The notes below the pieces were generated by a model. That model worked only from the letters and a program-made list of their open reading frames with translations. It searched no databases and had not been told where the DNA came from. Below are positions 22,728 to 32,763 of a DNA stretch of 44,300 nt, piece by piece. Origin of the DNA: Hydrurus foetidus (lineage: Eukaryota); the NCBI GenBank assembly GCA_900617105.1, contig UYFQ01000025.1, positions 1-44,300 of the forward strand, written 5' to 3'. Made by a program: the position numbers and the translations under genes. Within the stretch, counting starts at the first letter, position 1, and each line of letters opens with the position of its first letter.

Positions 22728-22740
22728 AGAGAGAGAGGGG
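22728..22740 (+). promoter_or_regulatory. Polypurine tract of Gypsy D
   Basis: AGAGAGAGAGGGG, 3 nt before the 3' LTR. Confidence 0.9.
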
Positions 22741-22743
22741 CAC

Positions 22744-22960
22744 TGTGACCCGCACACCCGTACGGGCTGTACGGGTACAGGCGTACGTTCGGATCGGATC
22801 GAGGACGATCCGATCCATCCGATTCATTGCCATGATACCTGCTGTGTTTATCTGTAAGCTAACCACATTGTTTCCATAGCAATAGCTCTCCCAGCTTCCT
22901 TTCCCTTGCTCCCGCTCCCAGCTGACCCGCTCCCAGTGCCCAGATCCTGGCAAGGCCACA
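22744..22960 (+). repeat. 3' LTR of Gypsy D
   Basis: Direct repeat of 15639-15855. Confidence 0.96.
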
Positions 22961-23259
22961 AAACTTTTGGTGAATCGCCAAAAGTGACTAATGTCGATCT
23001 CGTGATGAAATCATCAATTTCAGAAAATTTCAATAATCGTAGCGGATGTAAAACTATCGAATTACCTGTGAGAATGTTTGACAAAAACTTTTTCATGAAG
23101 AATTTGGAGAGATATCGGACCTGTCGGGTCGAATAACCGCGTCTTTACCGAAACCGCGTTATTACCGGCACTGGGATACGGTAGTCGGGTAGACGCCAGA
23201 CTGAAGTCATATACATGCGAATCGCTCAGTGTGACGTTTGTGTAAGTGCCATAGGGGTG

Positions 23260-23562
23260 TGTTGAATATATCTGAGTATATGACACGTACACAATGCGTG
23301 TACTTATGGTTACGTACGGAAGTACGGTTTAGTGCGTGCGCGTACGAGGATATCTCTGCGCACACTGCAAGTACAACAGTAGATAAAACTTTGATCGCGT
23401 GAATTCGAATGGACTCGAGGCTTGTTGCCAACTACAGCACAGTGTAATTAACAAGTGTTTACTGATAGGTTAGATCTTATTTCACGAGTCCTGATCGATC
23501 CGAACTCACGCCGCTGTGCTCCAAGTACCGACGACGGTTGTGATACCTCTGATTCGTCAACA
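23260..23562 (+). repeat. 3' LTR of Copia C
   Basis: Direct repeat of 9873-10175, preceded by PPT AGGGGTG. Confidence 0.95.
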
Positions 23563-23656
23563 GTGCGCTTAAATTGGTCCCCCACTCTAGTAGATACCTC
23601 TCCTATGATCGAACACAGATCATAGGTCGAATGGAACTTGAATCTCAATACATCGA

Positions 23657-24820
23657 ATGGTTTTGTCAAGAAATCCTTTGTTTAAACTGGCTTTGGTTGG
23701 TCTCACGCTTTTCTTTCGGAAGGCAAATCATGTCCGATCAAGCTCTGTGGATACTGAAGAAATCTTTAAAATTGATGTATTTCACTTGATCGACAACAAA
23801 CTCTGGGGAGAAACTGACGGCTCCTTCTTACAGGGACGAATCAATTGCCCGAAACAATGGAATCGCAGTGTCGAATGCACGTTTCACAGTAGCGACAAGG
23901 AAGATAATTTCGTTAATGTCCTGAAAGAAAAGTATTTGAAGGTTATGACGGGATATGGAGGCTGCAGACGGACGCTACAAGTTTCGCTGTATAATATTCA
24001 CTCTTGGGCGAGACTCTCTCCGTTTCCTCACTATCCATCTTGTGACCTACCTCTGGCTCTGACGATGGTCGAGTCCGAAGAGAGCCACAGGCGCTTCAAG
24101 AAACTTTTCGATGGCTCTTTTCCTCAATTTCATGGGAACAGCACGACCAACCCTCTCTCGACAATTCAAAGATTCTACCTCCGGCAGCTGGACATGACGT
24201 TGCTACTACCGCCAAAGCTGTTTAGGGATGCGATAAGCGGAGCTTCTTTTGTGGCCAGTACATGTCATAAAGGGGGTGGAACAACGAACAGAGAAGGTAT
24301 CGTGAGGGCAATAAGTGAAAGATTACGAGTTGACAGTCTTGGAAAGTGCATGAAAACAGTACGAAAAGATATTATTGAGTTGAAAGGTGGTCGTACAGCT
24401 GAGGAATCTTTAGTACTGAAACAGGAGGCGATTTCCCAATACCTCTTCTATCTCGCATTTGAGAATACTGATGAGCCTGGATATGTCACAGAAAAGATCA
24501 ATGATGCTTTGATTGCTGGGACAGTTCCAGTATACCTTGGGGACTCAGTGAGTTGCAAGAAACTGCTGCCCCATCCCAAGGCAGCAATATTTGTCGACGA
24601 TTTCAGCAGCATTCATGAGCTTTCAGATTATCTTCTCTACCTGGCTTCGAACATGACAGCTTATGAGGAGCACAGAGCATGGCGCACTAACATTGAATAC
24701 GAGAGGCTGCCAACTCACTTCAATACTCCGTGGCCCTGTGCGGTGTGCTTTTGGGCCCTCAGAACTGCCACGGATAGAAATATGCGACGACGACATGCGA
24801 AGAAGCCAATGTGCACATGA
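23657..24820 (+). CDS. GT10 family alpha-1,3/4-fucosyltransferase-like protein
   Basis: GT10 motif YLFYLAFENTDEPGYVTEKINDALIAGTVPVYLG, FVASTC...REGIV, AYEEHRAWR, C-terminal CAVC; N-terminal hydrophobic anchor LFKLALVGLTLFF; intronless. Confidence 0.9.
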   Translation: MVLSRNPLFKLALVGLTLFFRKANHVRSSSVDTEEIFKIDVFHLIDNKLWGETDGSFLQGRINCPKQWNRSVECTFHSSDKEDNFVNVLKEKYLKVMTGYGGCRRTLQVSLYNIHSWARLSPFPHYPSCDLPLALTMVESEESHRRFKKLFDGSFPQFHGNSTTNPLSTIQRFYLRQLDMTLLLPPKLFRDAISGASFVASTCHKGGGTTNREGIVRAISERLRVDSLGKCMKTVRKDIIELKGGRTAEESLVLKQEAISQYLFYLAFENTDEPGYVTEKINDALIAGTVPVYLGDSVSCKKLLPHPKAAIFVDDFSSIHELSDYLLYLASNMTAYEEHRAWRTNIEYERLPTHFNTPWPCAVCFWALRTATDRNMRRRHAKKPMCT

Positions 24821-25244
24821 TTAGAATGATTCACGGACATAACCCAAGTGACGAATGATAATTCTGAAAAAAATTAAACGCATTTAGCGACCAACAGTTG
24901 AGAGAGGAGAGAAATGTCACGAGTGACATTTTACAACGTTGGCCGGAATGTTATCGTGACAACGTTGCTTCAGTTCATGTGATTGATGCGCCGCACCTGT
25001 TCCACCGGAAGCGCACCATCTTCATCACCACCCAGGAAGTGTCCTCGTGGGGATAACAATTTAAATGTAAGGCATTAGATCAACTTTTGTCCGCATTATG
25101 CGCATGAAATTTTAAATCTAAAAAAAGTTCTTATAATCGCAGTTTTTTTAGTTGTCTGCCAAAAGATATCGTTCATCAACGTGCCAAACGATGACACAGA
25201 TTTCGTCTAAATTCGCGTAGAAGTTCTCATAATTGCTCCATCGT

Positions 25245-28200
25245 CTATTTTAGTCTCTGTACGGGGATCTCAACGTACTCCTTGCCCAGTAGGTGCAGCA
25301 GATCCCACACAAGCTGAAGGCCCTGATCCACGTTATCAGCTCCCCCTTGCAACTCGAGCAGTCCAGGCCTGCCCTCCCTCTCCGCTGTCTTGTTCACTCG
25401 GAACTGTATCTTAGCGCCTGAAAGGGTGCACAGCTCCTTGATCTTCTTGCCCCCTTGGCCGATCACAAGACCCACAGAGTCGCGAGGTATCTCCAGCCAG
25501 CGCTGCACGTATCCTCCAGGGAGGGTCAGTACGCGAAGCGGCTCAGGTCGCTGAGTTGAAGGGGTGAAGGTGCTGCGCCTCGTGGTTGCTATGTTCCAGT
25601 CAGAGGTGGTCTCGACTCCCTCTCCCGACAGGGACAGAGACCGTGCGAGATCTTCGGGGTCGTAGTACTCGTCGCTGAGGGTGGAGTGCTCCTCTTCATC
25701 GATCATCTGCGTGACACCAGCGCCGGCATCCGCACCCACAGTCGCGTAAGGTGCAGTCGGGCTCGTCCCTGCTCCCCACGCGGAATGAGGCAAGGACTGC
25801 ACGAAGCGCATCCCTGTGTTCGCCATGCCGATGAATTGCGGGGGAGGAGGAGAGCCTCTGTTGCTGCCGATGGAGCCGAATGACTGGACTTGAGGGATGA
25901 CCTGGGGCAAGATAGTTCTCATCTTGTTGCTGAGCATCTCGAGGGCGAGGTTCATGCACGAGTTGCTCGGTTGTCCTGCAGCACCTCTGAGGAACACGAG
26001 GAAGATGGCTTCCCTACCCAGCAGAGTCTCCTTATCCACCCATATCTTGCACCCGCTGCTTTGCAGTTCAGGTAGCAAAGAAGGGAAAGACGATGGACCG
26101 GGGCAGATAAATCGAGAGACGTTAGGGGGGAGGTGCATCGCATACTCAGTCCACTCAGACGCATCGCCTGCCCAGCGATACATGTGCATACCATGCTGTC
26201 TCAACCAAGCCACTGACACAAAGGCAGACTCTGGCAGTATATCCGCTTCAATACCTTCCTGTCCGATGGGGACGGAGGAGGAAGAAGGAGCTGCGGCAAT
26301 CTGAAAATTGCTAGGAATGTGTAGATGGTTGGGTGCAGAGGGCGGGTCGGGATAGAGATGAGAAGACAACATCCTGTCCCTGTTCTGCTCCGTACTGATC
26401 GAACTGCCGATGGATGAGGTGGGGCTGAGTTGAGTGTGAGGTCGGAATGGAGAGAACATCATAACGGGTTGCATGTGAAGCTGTGACTGGACTCCGTATG
26501 GGGGTTGTTGATGGGGCACTCCGTGAAGCCGCTGGGCGCCGTTGAAGTAGTCCGCTGAAAAGTCGCCATTCGATCCGTTCAAACCGATGCCAGTGGAAAA
26601 CTTCTCCGCTCCTTTCAAGTTACTAATGTTAGTATTTTGACTGCCAATAGCACCCATGTTTGAGAAGGAGGGTAAGGGTCCTTGCTTCGGTCCCTGCTCA
26701 GATCCAAACTGAAAGGATCGTTGCGGGGAAGGCACAGACGCATACTCTACTTTCATAGGATACACAGAAGATGACGATGAAGCGAGTGACGATGAGGCAG
26801 TCGCATAGATAGCACGTGTCCCACTCCTGGAGGGTGAGACAGGCATCGAGAAGGAAGAGGAGTTAGGGTAGCCGCCTCCATGGCCCATGTGGTGAGGACT
26901 TGAGTGGTGAGAGAGCGGTGCTATCCGGTCAATATCGTCCGGTATCATCAGTGGAATAGCAATATTTGGTATTGAAGGCAGGATATCTGATTGAGTGAGA
27001 GGCAGTCCGAGTCCTCCTATGGCGAGGAGCAGAGGGTCGGTAGTGTCGTCTAGATCGAGACCCCCTAGAGAGCTGAGAGGGTTCGTGAAGTACCCACTAG
27101 AGAAGTCGTCATCATTCTCGTCAAGCCCTATGGATTGACTGGCTGGAAGAAGGGGTATTATTCCTCGGAAGCCTTCATTGGGGGTATGAATGTTCCCGCT
27201 GGATCCACGAACGCCGTTTAAATTGCTGGATGAAGAGGAGGAGCTGGCAGAAAGAAAGGAGGATGCAAATCCAAGGCCTGAAAATGATGAAGAAAAATCC
27301 TCCAGATTTGGCGGCTCCACATATCCGCTGCTGATGAGGGGTGATGACGAAGGGGAGGAGATTTGATCCCCTGCACCGATTGATGATGGGGTGGATGTGA
27401 AAAACAATCCGTTACTGGGTGAGGGGTCGGCCGTGAAAGCTGGGTTGAATCTGATGCCAGATGAGAAGTTGGAGATGTAGGAGGCAGAGGAGGAGCTGAG
27501 GAACTCGTCAAAGTCCCCCTTCAGAGAGTCGGAAAGGTGGTTTGCCGCTGATGCCGCTGCTGCGGCCTTCAGCTGAGAGTCCGCGAGACGCTTTGCCTCA
27601 GCCGCCTTGATGGTTTTCTCACTGGGCTTGAAGGTGTAGTCTGTGCTCATGGTAGACCGATCCGCCATGGAGGAGAAGATGTCGTTAGAGGAAGACAAAG
27701 AGGAGGGGATCGCGTTCGAGGGTTCTTGGGTCTTAGCGGGTGACGCACGCCTTATACTCCATCCCAGCTCTTGCCCATCATCCAATCCGTTAGCAGCTCT
27801 GCGGGTCTGATGCAGCGGTTCTCCCAAAGTGGGGAAGTCGGAGGTGTCGTCAACAGACGTTTGAAGCTTCCTCAATCGAGAGGCAGGTGCGGAGGGTATC
27901 CGGGTAATAGTGTCCGCAGAAGATTTCGATGCCGTCCAGACTTTGCTGTTGCCTCCCCTTGCGGAGGAGGGAGACTGGGCCGAGTTGATTTTACTGTCCC
28001 CTGGAGACTGGTCCACAGGTGTGTATGGAGAGGAGGAAGGCAGGGCAAGACTTGGGCTCTGCATGGGTTGTGACAGGAACCATCTAGGTGCAGTCGCAGT
28101 CGCGCTCCCAGGTACTGCAGCAGTGATGCTTTGCGTGGGGCTCGGCATGGGCGGTGGTGTCTCCCGTTTGAGTATGCTAGTGATGTTGGCAACCTCTGTG

Positions 28201-31052
28201 GGGAGAGGTGCGGAGTTGGTGATGGGTGCCTGAGTCGCAGAACTTGAAGGAATGGCAAAAACTTTCAATGCTGCGGCTTCAGCAGCCATTTTGGCCGCTT
28301 CAATCTCGAGTTTCTCTTTCCGAATCTTCTCTCTCTCTGCAACCAATCTCTCCCTTTCAACCCTTGCTTTCTCCTTCTCAATTTCCTTTTCTCTCTCCAA
28401 CTCACGCTGGCGTGCTGCGCCTTTCTCCAGCTCTGCTGTAAACTCCATCTGCCTCCTTTTCTCCTCATCCTGTGCCTTCCGATAGTCAATAGCTTTCTGC
28501 TCCTTTTCTATTCTCAATCGCTCTCGCTCCTTTTCCTTCTCAAGACGCAATCTCTCCCTTTCAGCAGCTTTCTGTGCATCTCTCTCCACCTTCTCAATCC
28601 TCAATCTCTCTTTCTCTGCCTCTTTCTCTTTTTCCTTCTCTTTTTCTTGCTCTTTCTCTCTAGCCACTCTTATCCGCTTTTCCTCTTCTTTTATTCTGTT
28701 GCGCTCTGCTTTCTCAGCTTGTTCGATTGCGAGTTTCTCGGCCCTTTCCTTCTTTGCTAATTCATCTCTAGCCCTCTTTTCATCGAGCATTTTTTTCTCT
28801 TCTTCTTTTGCCTTGATGCGTTCGGTCTCCCTTTGTTTCCTCTGCTGAATTTCTCTTGCTGTAGTAACTTGCCTGACTTTCACCTTGATAGATTCGCTGA
28901 GAGATGAATCGCATTTGAGAGCTCTATCGTAGCTACTGCTCGCTAAATCAAATTGATCTAAGCCAAACTGGGCAGCTCCAAGTCTGAAGTGGGCAATAGC
29001 GAGCTCTGGCTTGAGTTGAAGAGCAAGAGTACAGTCAGCCACCGCTGTGTTAAAGTCCTTCAAGTCGTAGTGTGCAAGTGCCCTGTCACAGAGAAAGACA
29101 GCATGTTCCAGACATGATGCTTGTGTCATAGGTAGCAGCCCGATTGCCTCTGTAAAGAGCTGAATAGCCGCTGTGTAGCGCTTATCTTCCATTGCAGCCA
29201 GACCTGATTTCTGTCTCATCAGTGCATCCTCCCCTTGCATGAGTGGAGCTAAACTGTCCAGTGTTGACTGCAGTCCAGCTAATTTCTCTGGCACCAGTGC
29301 AATGGCTTCTCTGTAGAAATGATTAGCTAGTTTATAGTGGTATGCTTTAGCAGCGGTCTGAGCGTCAGCGATCCTCTGCCCCGCATTCAGCATCTGAACT
29401 GTTTTGTCAATACCCACTAAAATAGTGTGCAAGTGTAGAAACTCAGGATTGAGCTTGTATGCCTGAGAGTATAAGTCTTTGGCATTTGGCAAAAGTCCAA
29501 GCAGTAAGGCTTCCTCTCCTTTCTCAGCAAATTGACAGGCAGAATCCAGTGCAATGATGTGCGTCACGCTCTCTAGCTTGTCTCTCACTCTGAGATATAC
29601 CCCGCTGCTTACCACTGCATTCATCATGCCCTTGGAATACAGCTCACTCGCCTCTCTAAACCGCTTGTTAGCTAGTGCAAGGTCTGCCTGTTCCTCGAGT
29701 ACTCTAGCCCGTTGTGTGCGCTCAATCTTTTCCAGTGAAGAAAGGTTCTCCTGTAAGGCCACTCTCAGTCCTTCGTCCAGTGCTATTGCTTCTTCGTAAC
29801 AACGCCTAGCGTCCCCATAATTCTCTGTGGTCATTGCTGCTGCAAATGCTACATCTCCGAGAGCTCTCATTTGTCCAGCTTTGCTGACTAACAGTAGAGT
29901 GCGCTCTAAGACGAGTGGCAGATCTCTTCTGGTGTATACCAGTAATCTCGGATGCGCGCGCCTTTCAGAGCTGCCACCGTAGAAATTTCCTTCAACAGCT
30001 CTTCCCTTCGACACCTCCTCGCAAATAAAGCCAGCTCCACTGTACCATCGCTCTTCGTGCCCCTCATTTGTGATACGGAAATATGTCTGGAGCTCATCGA
30101 ACGCTTCTCCCTCTAACGCGACCACTGTAGAAAGATCGTATATCTTAGCAGCAGATGCAGAATGGTTCCCGTTATTGCAAGTTGCATGATTGCTAGTAGG
30201 AGAGAAATTTGCTAAATCGAAAGTTTCTGGATATCGTATGGTGTTCGGTCCTTTTAACGCAGACCCCGTCTGTCGGACAGAACACTGCGGTGACAGATGA
30301 GACGATTCTATTGATACAACAAGAATTTCTGGAGCACGTCGGAGGATCATTGCGTTAGCAATTCTGAGCTTGTCTTCTGCTGTTGCTACATTATTTGTCA
30401 CCATCAGTGCTGCTGTCTGCTGCTCCGACCCATCATCAGTTAATGCAGTGCTCATCAAAGGTGATGGCGATGAGGTCAAGCTATTCAGATAAACTTCTTC
30501 AAGAGACATTGCTGTTTCCGTGAAGTGAGCGTGAAAGCATCTTGACATGAGATTTAGCCAGCCTGGTACCTCCAGATTACTTGACACTTGTCCCAGAAAG
30601 ACCTCCCGTAGCGGAGGTATAACAACCATTATGAGTTTAACTATGTCATCCCACACACAAAGAACGTCGGTTTGATCAACTTGACAGTAATCGACATTAG
30701 TCCAAGCACTTAATTTTTCCAGAAAGGGTTGCATGTTTATCGATTCGTTCTGAGCACTATTCATCATCGTCAGAGTAAGGCTCTTAAGCTCAGCAAATGC
30801 TGCCTTCTCAATTGGTGATCCAATGGTATCAAGAACATCTGCTGCTGCCAAAACTTTCGAGAATGATGATATGTGATACAGAAGGTCGAAGGCTATGTAG
30901 GAGCTAGAGGGAGCGCTCTTCGAAGAATCAGATGTTAGTCTGCCCTGTCGAAGATGCGACATGCTCTCTGATGCAACTTCCAAAATTCGCGCTACAGAAC
31001 GGTAATTCCGAAACGGCAATCCTTCAGTATTTAGTTGATAGATCGAGCACAA
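25245..31052 (-). CDS. Large protein: degenerate USP-like domain, TPR repeats, coiled coil, low-complexity region, KH domain(s); true 5' end uncertain
   Basis: 5.8-kb stop-free frame; TPR helices (e.g. AIQLFTEAIGL, AHFRLGAAQFGLDQFDLASSSYDRAL); E/K/R coil; KH IPRDSVGLVIGQGGKKIKEL; USP-like APEILVVSIE / IRYPETFDL / YDLSTVVALEG / LLVYTR. ORF start is TTG; first in-frame ATG at 30962. Confidence 0.85.
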   Translation of the reverse strand: MCSIYQLNTEGLPFRNYRSVARILEVASESMSHLRQGRLTSDSSKSAPSSSYIAFDLLYHISSFSKVLAAADVLDTIGSPIEKAAFAELKSLTLTMMNSAQNESINMQPFLEKLSAWTNVDYCQVDQTDVLCVWDDIVKLIMVVIPPLREVFLGQVSSNLEVPGWLNLMSRCFHAHFTETAMSLEEVYLNSLTSSPSPLMSTALTDDGSEQQTAALMVTNNVATAEDKLRIANAMILRRAPEILVVSIESSHLSPQCSVRQTGSALKGPNTIRYPETFDLANFSPTSNHATCNNGNHSASAAKIYDLSTVVALEGEAFDELQTYFRITNEGHEERWYSGAGFICEEVSKGRAVEGNFYGGSSERRAHPRLLVYTRRDLPLVLERTLLLVSKAGQMRALGDVAFAAAMTTENYGDARRCYEEAIALDEGLRVALQENLSSLEKIERTQRARVLEEQADLALANKRFREASELYSKGMMNAVVSSGVYLRVRDKLESVTHIIALDSACQFAEKGEEALLLGLLPNAKDLYSQAYKLNPEFLHLHTILVGIDKTVQMLNAGQRIADAQTAAKAYHYKLANHFYREAIALVPEKLAGLQSTLDSLAPLMQGEDALMRQKSGLAAMEDKRYTAAIQLFTEAIGLLPMTQASCLEHAVFLCDRALAHYDLKDFNTAVADCTLALQLKPELAIAHFRLGAAQFGLDQFDLASSSYDRALKCDSSLSESIKVKVRQVTTAREIQQRKQRETERIKAKEEEKKMLDEKRARDELAKKERAEKLAIEQAEKAERNRIKEEEKRIRVAREKEQEKEKEKEKEAEKERLRIEKVERDAQKAAERERLRLEKEKERERLRIEKEQKAIDYRKAQDEEKRRQMEFTAELEKGAARQRELEREKEIEKEKARVERERLVAEREKIRKEKLEIEAAKMAAEAAALKVFAIPSSSATQAPITNSAPLPTEVANITSILKRETPPPMPSPTQSITAAVPGSATATAPRWFLSQPMQSPSLALPSSSPYTPVDQSPGDSKINSAQSPSSARGGNSKVWTASKSSADTITRIPSAPASRLRKLQTSVDDTSDFPTLGEPLHQTRRAANGLDDGQELGWSIRRASPAKTQEPSNAIPSSLSSSNDIFSSMADRSTMSTDYTFKPSEKTIKAAEAKRLADSQLKAAAAASAANHLSDSLKGDFDEFLSSSSASYISNFSSGIRFNPAFTADPSPSNGLFFTSTPSSIGAGDQISSPSSSPLISSGYVEPPNLEDFSSSFSGLGFASSFLSASSSSSSSNLNGVRGSSGNIHTPNEGFRGIIPLLPASQSIGLDENDDDFSSGYFTNPLSSLGGLDLDDTTDPLLLAIGGLGLPLTQSDILPSIPNIAIPLMIPDDIDRIAPLSHHSSPHHMGHGGGYPNSSSFSMPVSPSRSGTRAIYATASSSLASSSSSVYPMKVEYASVPSPQRSFQFGSEQGPKQGPLPSFSNMGAIGSQNTNISNLKGAEKFSTGIGLNGSNGDFSADYFNGAQRLHGVPHQQPPYGVQSQLHMQPVMMFSPFRPHTQLSPTSSIGSSISTEQNRDRMLSSHLYPDPPSAPNHLHIPSNFQIAAAPSSSSVPIGQEGIEADILPESAFVSVAWLRQHGMHMYRWAGDASEWTEYAMHLPPNVSRFICPGPSSFPSLLPELQSSGCKIWVDKETLLGREAIFLVFLRGAAGQPSNSCMNLALEMLSNKMRTILPQVIPQVQSFGSIGSNRGSPPPPQFIGMANTGMRFVQSLPHSAWGAGTSPTAPYATVGADAGAGVTQMIDEEEHSTLSDEYYDPEDLARSLSLSGEGVETTSDWNIATTRRSTFTPSTQRPEPLRVLTLPGGYVQRWLEIPRDSVGLVIGQGGKKIKELCTLSGAKIQFRVNKTAEREGRPGLLELQGGADNVDQGLQLVWDLLHLLGKEYVEIPVQRLK

Positions 31053-31918
31053 CGTGGTGAACGACAGATTGCCACCTCATGATGCGATAACATCATGAGA
31101 AGCCGTCGTTGTGTAAGCACTGCGCACAGAAGACAAAATTGTCACGACAGAAAATCAAATCTGAATCACCATCTATCTGATCGGACAACCAACCACAACG
31201 TGAAGCGTCCAGCTGCATACTGCATACTTCATCGCTTACAGCTTTCAGGTTTTAGGTTTTAGCTTTTAGCTTCTAGCTTTTACATTTACTTCCACCGGCA
31301 TGTATCTCAGGTGGGGTAAGCAACTAGAAAGTATCTCGAATCCTCTACTGCTATGCTGATTCTGGGAAGAAAATAGAAGGCGATTTTTTCGAAGCCATAC
31401 GAAGATATACATGAATAATAATAGCTGACCCACACATAATTCTAGCTATTGACAATCCACGCATTTTTCATGATTGACGGAGTTCATTGCATTATTCTTC
31501 CGAAATTTTGAATCTAGCCATCATCGTATCTAGCAATTTCACAAAATCTGTATTTTGGAATTTCTAGTACCTGGTAACGTCTGAACACATGTACGAACTA
31601 ATTTGGTAGTAAATGCTATGCGATTTCATACATTGAATATGCACTAGATATGTTCTTATCTTATTGTAAAGCATGCCCGCAACATCAACAATGATATGCC
31701 AGTCGTTCTCATTTAGTCCGACAATAGCATGACCAAGACTCCTAGACTAGATTCCATCTGAACCGAACTCCACTTCACTTCTAGCTATTTTTAACTGTTG
31801 TCGAATTACGCTACATAATATATAACTCTATTTGATGTATGCAGCACACTAGATTTCTTTCTATTCAATGTAGTAGGTATCTGCTGGCACTGCTTTGCAG
31901 CGAATGGGGTGATGACAC

Positions 31919-32215
31919 CAAGGGAGTATACAAAGACAGGGGACACAAGCAACCAACCGGCCCACTCACACGATTCTCACCGAACTCTCACTCAGAGTTG
32001 AAATACCATCTCGTCTCGGACATCACCTAATCAGTGGGAAATCTACCAAATCAAACCGCACTTCGATCAAATTGGCACAGTCGATGTTTCCCAACGACTG
32101 TGATCGCTGACCGCCGTGGTATTTAGATTTTGAAAAAATCACGTGAGAGTTGGGTGAGAATCGTGTGAGTGGGCCGGTTTGTTGCTTGTGTCCTCTGTCT
32201 TTGTATACTCCCTTG
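31919..32215. mobile_element. MITE, probably P-element superfamily
   Basis: 73-bp TIRs (3 mismatches) starting CAAGGG; 7-bp TSD ATGACAC (31912-31918 / 32216-32222). Confidence 0.85.
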
Positions 32216-32763
32216 ATGACACAATCTATTTCTCATCAAATCTTTCTGTCGTCATTAATCCACCGCCATGTCTGCTGATTTCTACACTCCAGGAAACACG
32301 ATGGCTGAATTCTCACGAAGATCAGCAAAAGACTTTTATTAGGTAGCTTAAACTTTCAGAAAATTTAATATGAGCGTTGGGTGTAATCATGCAAATCACG
32401 TAGCACATGGAGACAATGCAGTCAATTAGATGTCTGTTCTGAAATTGAAGCACTTCAAAAATTCAAAATTACCTATCAGGACATTTCAAAAGTCATGCGA
32501 ATCCCCAGATAAGAGTTGTCCTTCGTTTACAAAAATTGCAGAAAACCTTACCAAGATAATTCAAAAAATTGTAGAGTTCAAAAATCAAAACGCGCAAGAA
32601 TAGTTTTGTAGAGCTTCTCTGATACGAAAATCAAAGAAATATCTGGGAAGACAAAATCGCATTGTAGTTCTTTCAGCGGTTTCTTACAAGTTCATGTTTA
32701 CCCCCCGTCACCACAGGTGACTGACCCGATGTGACTATCTAGGGTGCAACGCAGTGTATAGTA

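Larger units (their letters stand above)
15639..22960 (+). mobile_element. Ty3/Gypsy chromovirus D
   Basis: 217-bp LTRs (TG...CA, 3 substitutions), 4-bp TSD AAAC (15635-15638 / 22961-22964), gag-PR-RT-RH-IN-chromodomain, PPT. Confidence 0.96.
15015..23174. mobile_element. Non-autonomous palindromic foldback / long-TIR DNA element (interrupted by Gypsy D)
   Basis: Left arm 15015-15366 is the reverse complement of 15407-15638 plus 23055-23174; 40-bp spacer; termini CCAGTG...CACTGG flanked by GATA/GATA. Confidence 0.9.
9873..23562 (+). mobile_element. Full-length CoDi-like Copia element C (interrupted by foldback element and Gypsy D)
   Basis: Two 303-bp LTRs, gag-PR-IN-RT-RH, PPT at 23253-23259; no matching TSD (TCAGC / GTGCG). 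Confidence 0.93.
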
